Shown in pieces: positions 37,921-48,468 of a stretch of 64,000 bases of DNA. The notes beneath the pieces were generated by a model. The model saw only the letters and a list, made by a program, of their open reading frames with translations. It made no database searches and was not told the origin of the DNA. The stretch comes from an uncultured Desulfobacter sp. Lineage in GTDB: Bacteria; Desulfobacterota; Desulfobacteria; Desulfobacterales; Desulfobacteraceae. The stretch covers positions 3,808,001 through 3,872,000 of the forward strand of contig OY762069.1 in assembly GCA_963665095.1 (NCBI GenBank), given 5' to 3'. The position numbers and the translations under genes are program-made. The stretch's first letter is position 1; each line of letters starts with the position of its first letter.

Positions 37921-38805
37921 TTAATATCCAAACTCACTGAGGCGACGTTCATTTGATACCCAGTCCCGGGTTACCTTAACAAAAAGTTTAAGCAGCACCT
38001 TGACCCCAAGCATATCCTCAATATCTTTCCGGGCACTTGAACCAATGCGCTTCAGCATACTTCCATTTTTCCCGATAATAATTCCTTTTTGTGAATTACG
38101 AACCAGGTGGATGCTGGCATGGATTACAATTAGCTTTTTTTCAACCTCAAAGGCATCCACTGTTACAGCAGATGAGTACGGAATCTCCATACCGGTGAGT
38201 CGAAACACCTTTTCCCGAATGATTTCGCTGACCATATATTTCTCGGACACATCGGTAAAGGTTTCTTCGGGATAAAGTGCCGGCCCCTCAGGCAATCTTT
38301 TTTCCACTTCGTCAAGAAGAATATCAACCTGGATATTTTTCCTGGCAGAAACCGGTACGATGGTTTCAAAATCGTACATCTGACTGAACTGGTCAACCTG
38401 CTTAAATACAGCGGCCTTATCTGCAAGGTCAATTTTATTCAAGGCCAGTATAACCGGTTTGTTAACCGTTGAAAACTGGTTGACGATCATCTTTTCCGAT
38501 GAATAGTTCCGGGAGGCTGCATCCACCATGAACAAAATCAGATCCACATCCTCCATGGCCTGAACGGCCTGGTCCACAATGCGCCGGTTGAGCAGCGTGG
38601 TACTTTTATGAATACCTGGCGTATCCAGAAAAACGATCTGTGCATGGGGGCGGTTGACAATACCCAGGATTCTATCCCGGGTGGTCTGGGGTTTTTTAGA
38701 GGTGATGGAGATTTTTTGGCCCAGCACCTGGTTAAGCAGAGTTGATTTTCCTGCATTGGGGGCACCAATAATACCCACAAATCCTGAACGGATAACACTG
38801 GTCAT
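37921..38805 (-). CDS. era: GTPase Era
   Basis: GAPNAGKSTL, PQTTR, DTPG, NKID, KH domain IIIGKNG. Confidence 0.97.
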   Translation of the reverse strand: MTSVIRSGFVGIIGAPNAGKSTLLNQVLGQKISITSKKPQTTRDRILGIVNRPHAQIVFLDTPGIHKSTTLLNRRIVDQAVQAMEDVDLILFMVDAASRNYSSEKMIVNQFSTVNKPVILALNKIDLADKAAVFKQVDQFSQMYDFETIVPVSARKNIQVDILLDEVEKRLPEGPALYPEETFTDVSEKYMVSEIIREKVFRLTGMEIPYSSAVTVDAFEVEKKLIVIHASIHLVRNSQKGIIIGKNGSMLKRIGSSARKDIEDMLGVKVLLKLFVKVTRDWVSNERRLSEFGY

Positions 38806-38808
38806 TTT

Positions 38809-39408
38809 TTACGCCTCCTCCTGGTACCAGTCCATGAGATTGTGAATCTCATCCCAGATGGTCTGCCTGCCCTGTCCTGTTTTGGCAGAAAACAGGACAA
38901 TGCCATTACGATCCCGGTTAAAACATTCACAGGCAGCATCCAGCTGCTTTATCTGCTTGCTTTTTGACAACTTATCAGCCTTTGTCAACACCAGAAGATA
39001 GGGCATATTCCTGGCTTCAAGCCACTGGGTCATTTCAAACTCCTCCCGGGCCGGGGCCCTTCTGATATCAATGAGCAGAATCAGCCCCAGAAGATTGGAC
39101 CTGGTTTTCATATAGGTCTCCACCATGGGCCGCCACTGGGCCCGGACTTTTTTGGAGACCTTTGCATACCCGTACCCGGGCAAATCCACCAGAGAGAACC
39201 CGTCATTAACCAGAAAGAAATTAATCAGCTGGGTACATCCTGGCCTGGAGCTTGTCTTGACCATGTCCTTCCGGGATATCAGAGTATTGATCAGGGAGGA
39301 TTTCCCCACATTGGAACGTCCGGCAAACGCGATTTCGGGGAAATCGTATTCCGGATAATGGGCGGGTTTTACCGCACTTTTTACAAATTCAACGGCACGG
39401 ATTTTCAT
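38809..39408 (-). CDS. engB: Ribosome biogenesis GTPase YihA/YsxC
   Basis: GRSNVGKSSLIN, DLPGYGYA, TKADK. Confidence 0.95.
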   Translation of the reverse strand: MKIRAVEFVKSAVKPAHYPEYDFPEIAFAGRSNVGKSSLINTLISRKDMVKTSSRPGCTQLINFFLVNDGFSLVDLPGYGYAKVSKKVRAQWRPMVETYMKTRSNLLGLILLIDIRRAPAREEFEMTQWLEARNMPYLLVLTKADKLSKSKQIKQLDAACECFNRDRNGIVLFSAKTGQGRQTIWDEIHNLMDWYQEEA

Positions 39409-40562
39409 GCATTCCTTTTCAGATACTCCTCCAACCGGTCCATACCGGTCTTCAAATTTTCCATGGAGTTGGCATAGGAAAACCGAAGATATCCTTCGCC
39501 ATTGGCACCAAAATCAATACCCGGCGTCACTCCGATATGCGCCTTTTCCAGGATATCAAATGCCAGGGCGTAAGAGTCCATGGAAATATGCTTGAAATTC
39601 ACAAAAATATAAAAGGCGCCAGTCGGTTCCACAGTAATAGACAACCCCATCTCCTTGAGTCGTCTGATCAAAAACTTTCTGCGCTCATCATAGGTCCTGC
39701 GCATCTGTTCTGTCTCTTTTTCAGCCCCGGATAAAGCGGCAGCCCCGGCCAGCTGGGTGACGGAATTGGCGCAGATAAAAAAGTTCTGCTGCAACACCTG
39801 TAAGGCCCGGACAAAGGGCATGGGTGCAATCAGGTATCCCAGGCGAAGCCCTGTCATGGCAAACAGCTTGGAAAACCCGTTCAGGACAAAGGCCTGGTCT
39901 GTGAACTCCAGGATGGAGTGATCTTTCCCCTCATAGGTCAAACCGTGGTAAATTTCATCAGAAACAATATACAGGCCATGCTCCCGGGCCACTGCAACAA
40001 TTTCCTTCATCCGGTCCTCTGGAATAACGGTGCCTGTGGGGTTGGCCGGAGAATTAATAAATATGGCCTTGGTTTTCGGGGTAATTTTTTCTTTTATGGC
40101 TTCAGGAGTATAAACAAACCCGTCTTCTTCGTGGACCTTGACAAAAATGGGTTCGCCTTGGACATACCGGATAAAATTGGCATAGCAGGCATAATGGGGA
40201 TCAGATACAATCACCTCATCCCCGGGATTTAGCAGGGCACTGAATACCAAAAGCATGGCGGGGGAAGTGCCGGAAGTCACAAGAATCTGGCCCGGATCAA
40301 CCTTTGTGCCATAGATACGGCCATGGTAATCGCTGATCGCCTTGCGCAGACGCAGGTCCCCAAGACTGTGGGTATAGCAGGTTTCATGCTGTTCCAGGGC
40401 CTCCATGTAGACCCTGTTAACACATTCGGGGACATTGAAATCAGGCTCCCCGATCTCCATGTGAATCACATTAATTCCGTCAGCTTCCATCTTATGGATT
40501 TTTTCCATCACATCCATAACAATGAACGGCTTTATCTGTTCACATCTTCTGGCCACAGTCAT
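39405..40562 (-). CDS. PLP-dependent class I aminotransferase
   Basis: GEPDF, NSPANPTG, SDEIY, GFSK..AMTGLRLG. Confidence 0.92.
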   Translation of the reverse strand: MTVARRCEQIKPFIVMDVMEKIHKMEADGINVIHMEIGEPDFNVPECVNRVYMEALEQHETCYTHSLGDLRLRKAISDYHGRIYGTKVDPGQILVTSGTSPAMLLVFSALLNPGDEVIVSDPHYACYANFIRYVQGEPIFVKVHEEDGFVYTPEAIKEKITPKTKAIFINSPANPTGTVIPEDRMKEIVAVAREHGLYIVSDEIYHGLTYEGKDHSILEFTDQAFVLNGFSKLFAMTGLRLGYLIAPMPFVRALQVLQQNFFICANSVTQLAGAAALSGAEKETEQMRRTYDERRKFLIRRLKEMGLSITVEPTGAFYIFVNFKHISMDSYALAFDILEKAHIGVTPGIDFGANGEGYLRFSYANSMENLKTGMDRLEEYLKRNA

Positions 40563-40563
40563 C

Positions 40564-41439
40564 TTAAATCACCTTATTCAATGAATACTCAATAATACCT
40601 TCGGCTCCCTTTTTCAATAGACAGGGAACCAGATCCCTCACAACTTTGTTTTCAACCACAGTCTCAACACTAAACCAGTCAGACTGGTACAGAGATGCCA
40701 CAGTGGGAGCATTCAGACTTGGCAGAAGCGCCACAATATCAGGCAGCTTTGACTCAGGTACATTCATTTTAAGGCCCACCAGCTTCTCTGCCACCAGGGC
40801 CGCTTTAAGCAGCATGGCAATCTGCTCAATTTTTTCACGCTTTTCCGGATTCTGCCAGGCAGTTTTATTGGCAATGAGCTGGGTATTGGTTTTCATCACC
40901 TCGTGGATCACCCGCAGGTTGTGGGCCCGGATAGTGCTCTCGGTTTCTGTTATTTCCACAATGGCATCAGCCAGACCGGATACGATTTTGGCTTCGGTGG
41001 CGCCCCAGGAAAACTTCACATTGACATTAATATTGCGGGACTCAAAAAAGCGCTTGGTAAATTTGACGAGCTCAGTGGATATGGTTTTCCCTTCCAGGTC
41101 GGCCAGGGTCTTTATATCCGAATCCCCTGCCACAGCAACCACCCACCGGGCCGGCCGCGCAGACACTTTTGAATAAACCAGATCAGCCACTACATGGACA
41201 TCTGATTCATGTTCCGCCACCCAGTCAAGGCCGGTGAGACCGGCATCAATAACGCCTGACTCCACATTAATGGACATCTCCTGGGCACGGCACAGGGCAC
41301 ATTCAATGGTATCGTCATCAATGTCCGGGAAATAGCTTCTGCCTTCCACATTAATCTTCCAACCGGAACGTCTGAACAGATTGACCGTTGCATTCTGCAG
41401 GCTTCCTTTGGGGATGCCCAGCTTTAACATCTTTTCCAT
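40564..41439 (-). CDS. hisG: ATP phosphoribosyltransferase (long form)
   Basis: [25 protein letters not shown]-terminal regulatory domain. Confidence 0.95.
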   Translation of the reverse strand: MEKMLKLGIPKGSLQNATVNLFRRSGWKINVEGRSYFPDIDDDTIECALCRAQEMSINVESGVIDAGLTGLDWVAEHESDVHVVADLVYSKVSARPARWVVAVAGDSDIKTLADLEGKTISTELVKFTKRFFESRNINVNVKFSWGATEAKIVSGLADAIVEITETESTIRAHNLRVIHEVMKTNTQLIANKTAWQNPEKREKIEQIAMLLKAALVAEKLVGLKMNVPESKLPDIVALLPSLNAPTVASLYQSDWFSVETVVENKVVRDLVPCLLKKGAEGIIEYSLNKVI

Positions 41440-41813
41440 TACTTATATACCTTTTCCGGGTCAAAGACCCGCTCCTCAACAACTTTAAACTCGCCGTCTT
41501 CCACAACTGTGTGAAAACAGCTTTTAAATCCTTTATGGCAGGCAGCCCCGCCCACCTGCTCCACCTTGAGCAGCACCGTGTCGTTGTCACAGTCCACCCG
41601 GATCTCTTTAACATGCTGAACGTGCCCCGAAGTTTCACCTTTGAGCCATAGTTTATTTCTGGACCGGCTGAAGTATACGGCTTTACCACCGGCAAGGGTC
41701 TGTTCAAAGGCCTGTTTGTTCATATAGGCCAGCATAAGGACCTCTCCGGTCTCCGCATCCTGGGCAATGGCTGGAATCAACCCACCGGTTTTATTAAAAT
41801 CAAGTTCCGGCAT
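41439..41813 (-). CDS. hisI: Phosphoribosyl-AMP cyclohydrolase
   Basis: [36 protein letters not shown]; start at MPELDF. Confidence 0.95.
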   Translation of the reverse strand: MPELDFNKTGGLIPAIAQDAETGEVLMLAYMNKQAFEQTLAGGKAVYFSRSRNKLWLKGETSGHVQHVKEIRVDCDNDTVLLKVEQVGGAACHKGFKSCFHTVVEDGEFKVVEERVFDPEKVYK

Positions 41814-41992
41814 GAATTTCTTTATCCCTTTTTTTAGTACATTGACATCAAAACTTTTATATCTAATTGAATACCCATAAAAAGTCAATTTATATATTCC
41901 TGATTCAAGAAAAGGACAATCTATTGCCATCTGAACCCCAATCTGATAAAAGCAAGTATTTTATCAAAATTAGGACAGCATTTCGGAAGCTT

Positions 41993-44392
41993 ATGACAAA
42001 GCAGCAAAGCCGCACCCAGATCCTGAAAAAAAGAAGCAAAAAGAAAGAAAAAAGCCTGCTATTAACCCTTTTTAAATGGATGTGTTTTCTGCTAACCCTC
42101 GGGATTCTTGCAGGATGCGCAGGCATTGCAGGTCTGTTTTTCTATCTGAGCAAGGATCTTCCACAGATTAACTCCCTCAATGATTACCGCCCCTCCATTG
42201 TCACAAATGTATTCTCTGATGATGGAAGAAAAATAGGCGAGTTTTACAAGGAACGCAGAATCGTCATCCCTTTGTCCGACATGCCCGCCAATCTGATAAA
42301 CGCCTTTGTGGCAGCGGAGGATTCCCGTTTCAGAGAGCATCCCGGAATTGATATTCAGTCCATCATAAGGGCTTTTATTAAAAATTTCATGGCAGGTACC
42401 ATTGTCCAGGGGGGCTCCACCATTACCCAGCAGGTGACCAAATCTTTTTTGCTCACACCGGAGCGAACATATGAGCGCAAACTCAAAGAAGTAATTCTAT
42501 CCTATAAAATAGAAAAAAAATTTTCAAAAGATGACATATTATTTCTCTATCTGAATCAGATTTATTTAGGCCATGGAGCTTACGGGGTTGAAGCCGCCTC
42601 TGAAAATTATTTCGGCAAACACGCCAAGGACCTGAGCTTGGCAGAATGCGCCGTGCTGGCAGGCTTACCCCAGGCCCCCAGCCGATACAGCCCCTTTCAC
42701 TATCCAGACAAAGCCAGACAGCGGCAGATTTACACCCTGAACCGGATGAAAGAGGAGGGAATGATCTCCAATATTGAGGCCACTCAAGCCATTAATGCCA
42801 AACTGGATATCAAACCCAGAAAAAACTGGTTTATCGAACGGGTCCCCTGTTATACAGAACATGTCAGACGGTATGTGGAAAAAAAATACGGAGGTGACCT
42901 GCTTTACACCCAGGGCTTAAGTATCCATACCGCTGTAAATATTGAACTCCAGAAAATGGCCAGGGCCGCTGTCAACAAAGGCCTGACAGAACTTGACAAA
43001 CGATGCGGATACAGGGGCCCTGTCAAAAACATCCCTGCCCTTCAGATAAATGATTTCTGCCAGAACATTGTGGAAGAACTCAATGGCAGCCTGCCATCCA
43101 AAGGCAATATTTATCAGGGGGTTGTCCTCAACGTGGACGACCACAATAAAATTACCCACGTAAGGGTAGGAGACGTCACAGGCATTATCCACCTTTCTAC
43201 CATGAACTGGGCCAGAAAACCTGACATAAAAAAGGCGCCCTATAAAATCCAAACGCCGTCCAGCGCACTCAAACCCGGAGATGTCATCTATGTTCAGGTT
43301 CTTAAAGAGATGCTGGAAGGCAAGGAATATGAATTTGCTCTGTACCAGGAACCGGTGGCACAGGCAGCCCTTTTAAGCATTGAAGCGGAAACAGGACACG
43401 TCAAGACCATGATCGGTGGCCGGGACTTTAAAGACTCCCAGTTCAACCGGGCATTTCAGTCCAGGCGCCAGCCCGGCTCCGCCTTCAAGCCGATTCTGTA
43501 TGCAGCCGCTCTTGACAAGGGTTACACAGCGGCCAGCGTTATTATTGACTCGCCGGTTGTTTTTGAGGATGAGGAGCGGGACCTGGTGTGGAAACCCCAT
43601 AATTACGCAGAAATATTTTACGGTCCCACCCTGCTTCGTGAAGCACTTGCCAAGTCCAGAAATATTGTTACCATTAAAATCCTGCAGGACATCGGCATTG
43701 ACTATGTAATCTCCTATGCCAGGGAGTTAGGCATTACCTCCCCTATTGCCAGGGATCTGTCCATCTCCTTAGGCTCCTCCGGGGTCTCCCTGTTTGAAAT
43801 AACAAAAGCCTATTCCGTATTCTCCAACCTTGGCTACCTCATTGAACCCGTGTTTATCACGGAAATTTACGACCGGGACAACAATCTGCTGGAATCTTCT
43901 AAGCTGGTTCGAAAAAAAGTAATGGATATGGGCACGGCCTATATTATGACAAGTTTGCTTGAAAGTGTGGTACAGGCCGGAACAGGAAGACGGGTCAAGG
44001 CATTACACAGGCCCGTGGCAGGTAAAACAGGCACCACCAACGATCTTCATGACGCCTGGTTTATGGGGTACACCCCCCGGTATACCACAGGCGTATGGGT
44101 GGGCCTGGACCGGGAAGCCCCCTTAGGCAAAAGGGAAACGGGCTCCCGAGCCGCAAGCCCTATCTGGCTGGAATATATGGCACACGCCCTGGAAGGCAAA
44201 TCAGTCCGCGAGTTTACAGTACCTGAAGGCATTATCCGGGTTAAAATTGATGCCAAAACCGGCCTTTTACCTATTCCTGAAAGTGAAAAAACTATATTTG
44301 AATGCTTTAAGGAAGGCTCTGAACCCACCGAACATACGCCCAGGCCCGATGAAATCCGGACAACGGAAGAACTATTTAAGGAAGGCATTTAG
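41993..44392 (+). CDS. mrcA: Penicillin-binding protein 1A
   Basis: AAEDSRF, QGGSTITQQ, RQPGSAFKP, SRN, KTGTT. Start uncertain. Confidence 0.92.
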   Translation: MTKQQSRTQILKKRSKKKEKSLLLTLFKWMCFLLTLGILAGCAGIAGLFFYLSKDLPQINSLNDYRPSIVTNVFSDDGRKIGEFYKERRIVIPLSDMPANLINAFVAAEDSRFREHPGIDIQSIIRAFIKNFMAGTIVQGGSTITQQVTKSFLLTPERTYERKLKEVILSYKIEKKFSKDDILFLYLNQIYLGHGAYGVEAASENYFGKHAKDLSLAECAVLAGLPQAPSRYSPFHYPDKARQRQIYTLNRMKEEGMISNIEATQAINAKLDIKPRKNWFIERVPCYTEHVRRYVEKKYGGDLLYTQGLSIHTAVNIELQKMARAAVNKGLTELDKRCGYRGPVKNIPALQINDFCQNIVEELNGSLPSKGNIYQGVVLNVDDHNKITHVRVGDVTGIIHLSTMNWARKPDIKKAPYKIQTPSSALKPGDVIYVQVLKEMLEGKEYEFALYQEPVAQAALLSIEAETGHVKTMIGGRDFKDSQFNRAFQSRRQPGSAFKPILYAAALDKGYTAASVIIDSPVVFEDEERDLVWKPHNYAEIFYGPTLLREALAKSRNIVTIKILQDIGIDYVISYARELGITSPIARDLSISLGSSGVSLFEITKAYSVFSNLGYLIEPVFITEIYDRDNNLLESSKLVRKKVMDMGTAYIMTSLLESVVQAGTGRRVKALHRPVAGKTGTTNDLHDAWFMGYTPRYTTGVWVGLDREAPLGKRETGSRAASPIWLEYMAHALEGKSVREFTVPEGIIRVKIDAKTGLLPIPESEKTIFECFKEGSEPTEHTPRPDEIRTTEELFKEGI

Positions 44393-44465
44393 TCCGGCAT
44401 AGTCCAAAATCTAATTTTCAAGACCTGCCACAGAAAACCTGCAACCTGGTATTTTCAGATAGTGG

Positions 44466-45563
44466 CTAAACAAAACCCTTAGTTGAACTGCTTGATAGGC
44501 GGACGCATGCCTGAACCTGACCTACAGCCAGGGCCACATTCTGCTTAATGGTAAGCACAACTCCCGGGTATTGTTCAGCCAGCCGGGCAAGATTCGTCTT
44601 TCTGTTGCCCTGAAGCCGGGACAAAGATTTCGGGTTTACCTGCAACTCCACGGATAGCGGTTGTCCCGGGCGGGGGCCCTTCCGAATGTTTCCTTCGTGG
44701 TCCAGGGCCGCATCCACCGCTTCTTTTGCCCTGTCGAGCATGAGAGAAGATAAAACCAGATGACCGAAGGCCGGATGCCAGGGCCCTGCAATCATCTGTG
44801 AACTATCTTCCATCATATCCGTCGCCTGAAGTCCGATTCGTGTCACAGTCACCCCGGCCCGGGTAAAAATTGTGACCATCTCTTTGGCCTGGTCAACGGC
44901 CTGATCAAGACTTAAGGGCCGGTATTTACCTGAACGGTACCAGTGGGCCAGGCGGGAACCGGCCAGCACCAGCAACGGATAGACCCTGGCAAGATCCGGG
45001 CGCAGAGCGGCCAGTTCCTGAGCTGTCTGCACAGCACGATGCTTGGTATCTCCTGGAAGCCCCACCATCACCTGTACGCCGGTCTTAAATTCATATTCCT
45101 TGAGCAGGGCAAGAGCTGCCCTGGTATCATTGCTGGAATGACCTCTGTCAGCCAGTATCAGGACCTGGTCATCCATGGACTGGACACCTAACTCTACAGT
45201 GGCAAGGCCAAAAGGTTTTACAAGTTTTAGAATCTCCCGGGAAATGGTATCCGGACGGGTGGAGCAACGGATACTGTGAATGAGACCCTGTTCGATCCAG
45301 GGCTGGACTGATTCAAGCAGGGCAACCATCCTGGGCCGTTCCAAACCAAGAAAATTGCCCCCAAAAAAGGCCAGTTCCACCCTGGTCCGATTTTTTTTAT
45401 ACTTCAGATAGGTATGAATTGTTTCAGCCAGCCGGCCTGATTCCTCCCGCAACGACTCCCCGTAGCTGGTCTGTCGGGAAATGAGGCGCTGGTTGCAGAA
45501 AACACACAAATGGGGGCATCCCTGGTGCGGAATAAAAAAGGGGATAATCAGAGGGGGGCTCAT
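44466..45563 (-). CDS. Radical SAM protein (Elp3/YhcC-like)
   Basis: GCPHLCVFCNQ, FFGGNF, STRPD, ELGVQS, GPWHPAFG. Confidence 0.85.
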   Translation of the reverse strand: MSPPLIIPFFIPHQGCPHLCVFCNQRLISRQTSYGESLREESGRLAETIHTYLKYKKNRTRVELAFFGGNFLGLERPRMVALLESVQPWIEQGLIHSIRCSTRPDTISREILKLVKPFGLATVELGVQSMDDQVLILADRGHSSNDTRAALALLKEYEFKTGVQVMVGLPGDTKHRAVQTAQELAALRPDLARVYPLLVLAGSRLAHWYRSGKYRPLSLDQAVDQAKEMVTIFTRAGVTVTRIGLQATDMMEDSSQMIAGPWHPAFGHLVLSSLMLDRAKEAVDAALDHEGNIRKGPRPGQPLSVELQVNPKSLSRLQGNRKTNLARLAEQYPGVVLTIKQNVALAVGQVQACVRLSSSSTKGFV

Positions 45564-45625
45564 ATTTAATCAGCTCCAGACCGAAAAAATCATGCGTGGA
45601 AAACCGGAAACCTGGCGTTCAAACA

Positions 45626-47254
45626 CTAATGACACGCCGAATCGGGCATCAGAATAGACAGGGCCTGTCGTGCGGCATCCTGCTCAGCAGCTTTTTTTGT
45701 TTTTCCTGTTCCTGTGGCGGTTACAGAATCCAGTGTCATACAGATTTCAAATGTTTTGTCATGGTCCGGACCCTCTTCTTTGGCCAGAACATAGTCCGGA
45801 GTCGTACCAAAATGCTCCTGGGCATATTCCTGAAGTCCGCTTTTATAATCAACCGTATCTGCAGAAGCCAGCACCTGCCTGACGGGCTGGTCAAAAAGAC
45901 GGCGTACTACAGCCTTTGCCCTGTCAAATCCGGCATCCATGTATACCGCAGCCATAACCGCTTCAAACGCATCAGATAATATGGAGTTTTTATCACTCCC
46001 TCCAGATAAAAACTCTCCCTTGCCCAATTTTACAAACCGCCCAAGATCAATCTTTCGGGCAATCAGGGCCAGCCCATTCTCGCTGACAAGGGTAGCGCGC
46101 AGTCGAGAAAGATCCCCCTCCTTTTTCAAGGGATCACCGTCCATGAGCATATGGCCCACACACAGTCCAAGCACTGCATCCCCCAGAAATTCCAGGCGTT
46201 CGTTATCCGCATCACAGGTACTTTGATTTTCATTGAGGTATGAACGATGGCACAAGGCATTGATTAAAATAGCCTGATCCTTAAACCGGTAATCAAGATT
46301 ACGCTCAAGCAGATCCAGACGGGGATCGGACTGCACCTCAAGCAGCCTGTCTTTCAGAGATTTAAACACAGATATATTCACGTTCAGATTCCCACGCCCC
46401 CGGCCCAGATCCACCCCCTGATTAAAACTGCCGTGAAAATCAGATCCGCCGGTGGCAATCAGCCCTTTGCTTTGTGCCAGATCGGCAAAATATTTTGTTT
46501 TGGCTGAATCATGACCGGAATAATACACCTCAATGCCGGCCAGCCCGTCCTCTGCCAGGATATCCACAAAGGTACCCAGATCATGGGCATATTCAAATTC
46601 AATAATTCCCGGATGGGCCAGGACCGGAAGGCCGCCGGCATCCAGTATCAGCCTTATGGCATCCCGGCAGGTAATTTTAAATTTTTCTACATAGGCAGGC
46701 TTGTTTTTACCCAGATACAGGCCAAAGGCCTGGCGGAAATCTGACACATACCCTTTTTCCACCAGTAGTTCAGCAATGTGGGGACGGCCTGTCTGACGAG
46801 CCCCGAATCGTTTTTCAACCTCGGCAAGGGTAATATCAAATCCCAGTTCATTCAGTTTATCAATTATTTTGGGATTCCGGTTTGTCCGGGCATCTGCCGC
46901 ACATGCAAGGGCCTGGTTCAGGGCAGCATCGTAAATGGAAAACCCATATCCAAGCATATGGATACTTCCAAGATTTTTAAACTGTGATGGCGGCGTGCAG
47001 GAAATTTCAACGCCTGTGATGAACTCTACCGGGTAGGAGTGAACAACATCCTTAATTTCCAGGATGCCGGAAATGGTATCATGATCGGTCAGAGAGACAG
47101 CACTGATCCCTGTTTCTTTTGCCAGCTCAAGAATCTGCCTGGGGGTCAAAGACCCGTCCGAGGCAGTGGAATGTACGTGAAGATCAATCAAAACCTGTTG
47201 TACTGCACTCTTAGGTTCATTAAATACCCAGGGCTTTTTCCATATTTTCTTCAC
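45626..47254 (-). CDS. rnc: PHP-domain / ribonuclease III fusion
   Basis: DLHVHSTASDG, TDHDT, GRPHIA, LAHP, GGSDFHG then NERLEFLGDAVL and dsRBD in one frame. Start may be TTG 47191. Confidence 0.9.
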   Translation of the reverse strand: MKKIWKKPWVFNEPKSAVQQVLIDLHVHSTASDGSLTPRQILELAKETGISAVSLTDHDTISGILEIKDVVHSYPVEFITGVEISCTPPSQFKNLGSIHMLGYGFSIYDAALNQALACAADARTNRNPKIIDKLNELGFDITLAEVEKRFGARQTGRPHIAELLVEKGYVSDFRQAFGLYLGKNKPAYVEKFKITCRDAIRLILDAGGLPVLAHPGIIEFEYAHDLGTFVDILAEDGLAGIEVYYSGHDSAKTKYFADLAQSKGLIATGGSDFHGSFNQGVDLGRGRGNLNVNISVFKSLKDRLLEVQSDPRLDLLERNLDYRFKDQAILINALCHRSYLNENQSTCDADNERLEFLGDAVLGLCVGHMLMDGDPLKKEGDLSRLRATLVSENGLALIARKIDLGRFVKLGKGEFLSGGSDKNSILSDAFEAVMAAVYMDAGFDRAKAVVRRLFDQPVRQVLASADTVDYKSGLQEYAQEHFGTTPDYVLAKEEGPDHDKTFEICMTLDSVTATGTGKTKKAAEQDAARQALSILMPDSACH

Positions 47255-47582
47255 GGGTTTTACAGGTAATGCACTGGGTGGTTACCGGCCGGGCTTTGAG
47301 TCGTGCAATGGAGATATCTTCTTCACAGATTTCACACAGGCCAAAAGTCCCATTTTCAATTCGCTCAAGGGCTTTTTTGATTTTTTTAATCAGTTTATGC
47401 TCACGATCCCGGATACGCAGCTCAAAGCTTCTTTCCGCTTCATGGGAAGCGCGATCCGTGGGGTCGGCAAAATTCTCCTTAGGCTGGGTCATGCCGGTGA
47501 CAGTGGTGTCGGCATGGGAAAGCAACTCATTGAGCCTTTCTGTTAACAGCTCTTTAAAATAATCCAGATCTTCTTGTTTCAT
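47220..47582 (-). CDS. dksA: RNA polymerase-binding protein DksA
   Basis: DPTDRASHE, RDRE.KLIKKI, CEIC..RLKARP...CITC. Confidence 0.95.
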   Translation of the reverse strand: MKQEDLDYFKELLTERLNELLSHADTTVTGMTQPKENFADPTDRASHEAERSFELRIRDREHKLIKKIKKALERIENGTFGLCEICEEDISIARLKARPVTTQCITCKTREENMEKALGI

Positions 47583-47714
47583 ATTGTGTTGTCCTTCTCG
47601 TTAGATGTACTTTGCTCGACACTATTAAGAGTTAATTATTATATTCATGCACCCTATAAAAGTAAAGTACTTAATCCCGTCCAACGAGACAGACTGGTGA
47701 ATTTAATCCAGACA

Positions 47715-48452
47715 CTATGAATGTTCTTTGCCAGGGGCGATCAGACTGCGAATCCATCCCAGCATGGTATTACCTTTCAGGCAGTCTTTTTCTGCCGCCT
47801 CCAGAACCTTTGTCATCTTTTCGGTATCGCCATATCGATCTTTTCTGGTAATTATCGCACGGTCGGGATCAAGCTGACGAACCACTCTGGCAGGATTGCC
47901 GGCAGCCACAGTATTGGCAGGCACATCAGATGTAACAACCGCGCCTGCACCGATGACAGCATTTGTTCCAATGGTGACACCCTTGCAGACAATGGCTGAA
48001 TCACCAATCCACACATTCTCCTCCAGGACAACCTTTGAACGGGTAGATGGCGGCAGAGACCGGTCATAGATCCCGTGCCAGTCAGAATCTGTAATATAGG
48101 AATGACTTGCCAGCATGCAGGAGTCCGCAATAGAAATGGAGTTGGCCGCAGATATCCTTACACCCGGAGAAATCAGCACATGATCCCCAATGCAGATACC
48201 GTCAATATCTTTTTCTTCAGACCATACAGTCAGCCGGGTCCGTTTGTCCGGACATCCCAGCAACGTAACATGACTGCCAATGGATATGGGACCACCGAAC
48301 AATTCAATATGCCATGGCTTGATGATATATGGATGGGGCCCCAGAGAGGTGAGCTGGGGAACAAGGTAGTGCCGGACATAAAAATCCTGGATCCGGTACC
48401 AGGCTTTTTTAATATAATATGGACGTTTATCCCTGATCATCTGTAGTGCCAA
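47715..48452 (-). CDS. Hexapeptide-repeat acyltransferase
   Basis: DSDWH, NVWIG, GVTIG..AVIGAGAVV..DVP...AAGNPA. Confidence 0.88.
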   Translation of the reverse strand: MALQMIRDKRPYYIKKAWYRIQDFYVRHYLVPQLTSLGPHPYIIKPWHIELFGGPISIGSHVTLLGCPDKRTRLTVWSEEKDIDGICIGDHVLISPGVRISAANSISIADSCMLASHSYITDSDWHGIYDRSLPPSTRSKVVLEENVWIGDSAIVCKGVTIGTNAVIGAGAVVTSDVPANTVAAGNPARVVRQLDPDRAIITRKDRYGDTEKMTKVLEAAEKDCLKGNTMLGWIRSLIAPGKEHS

Positions 48453-48468
48453 ACTTCAGACTGTTCTT

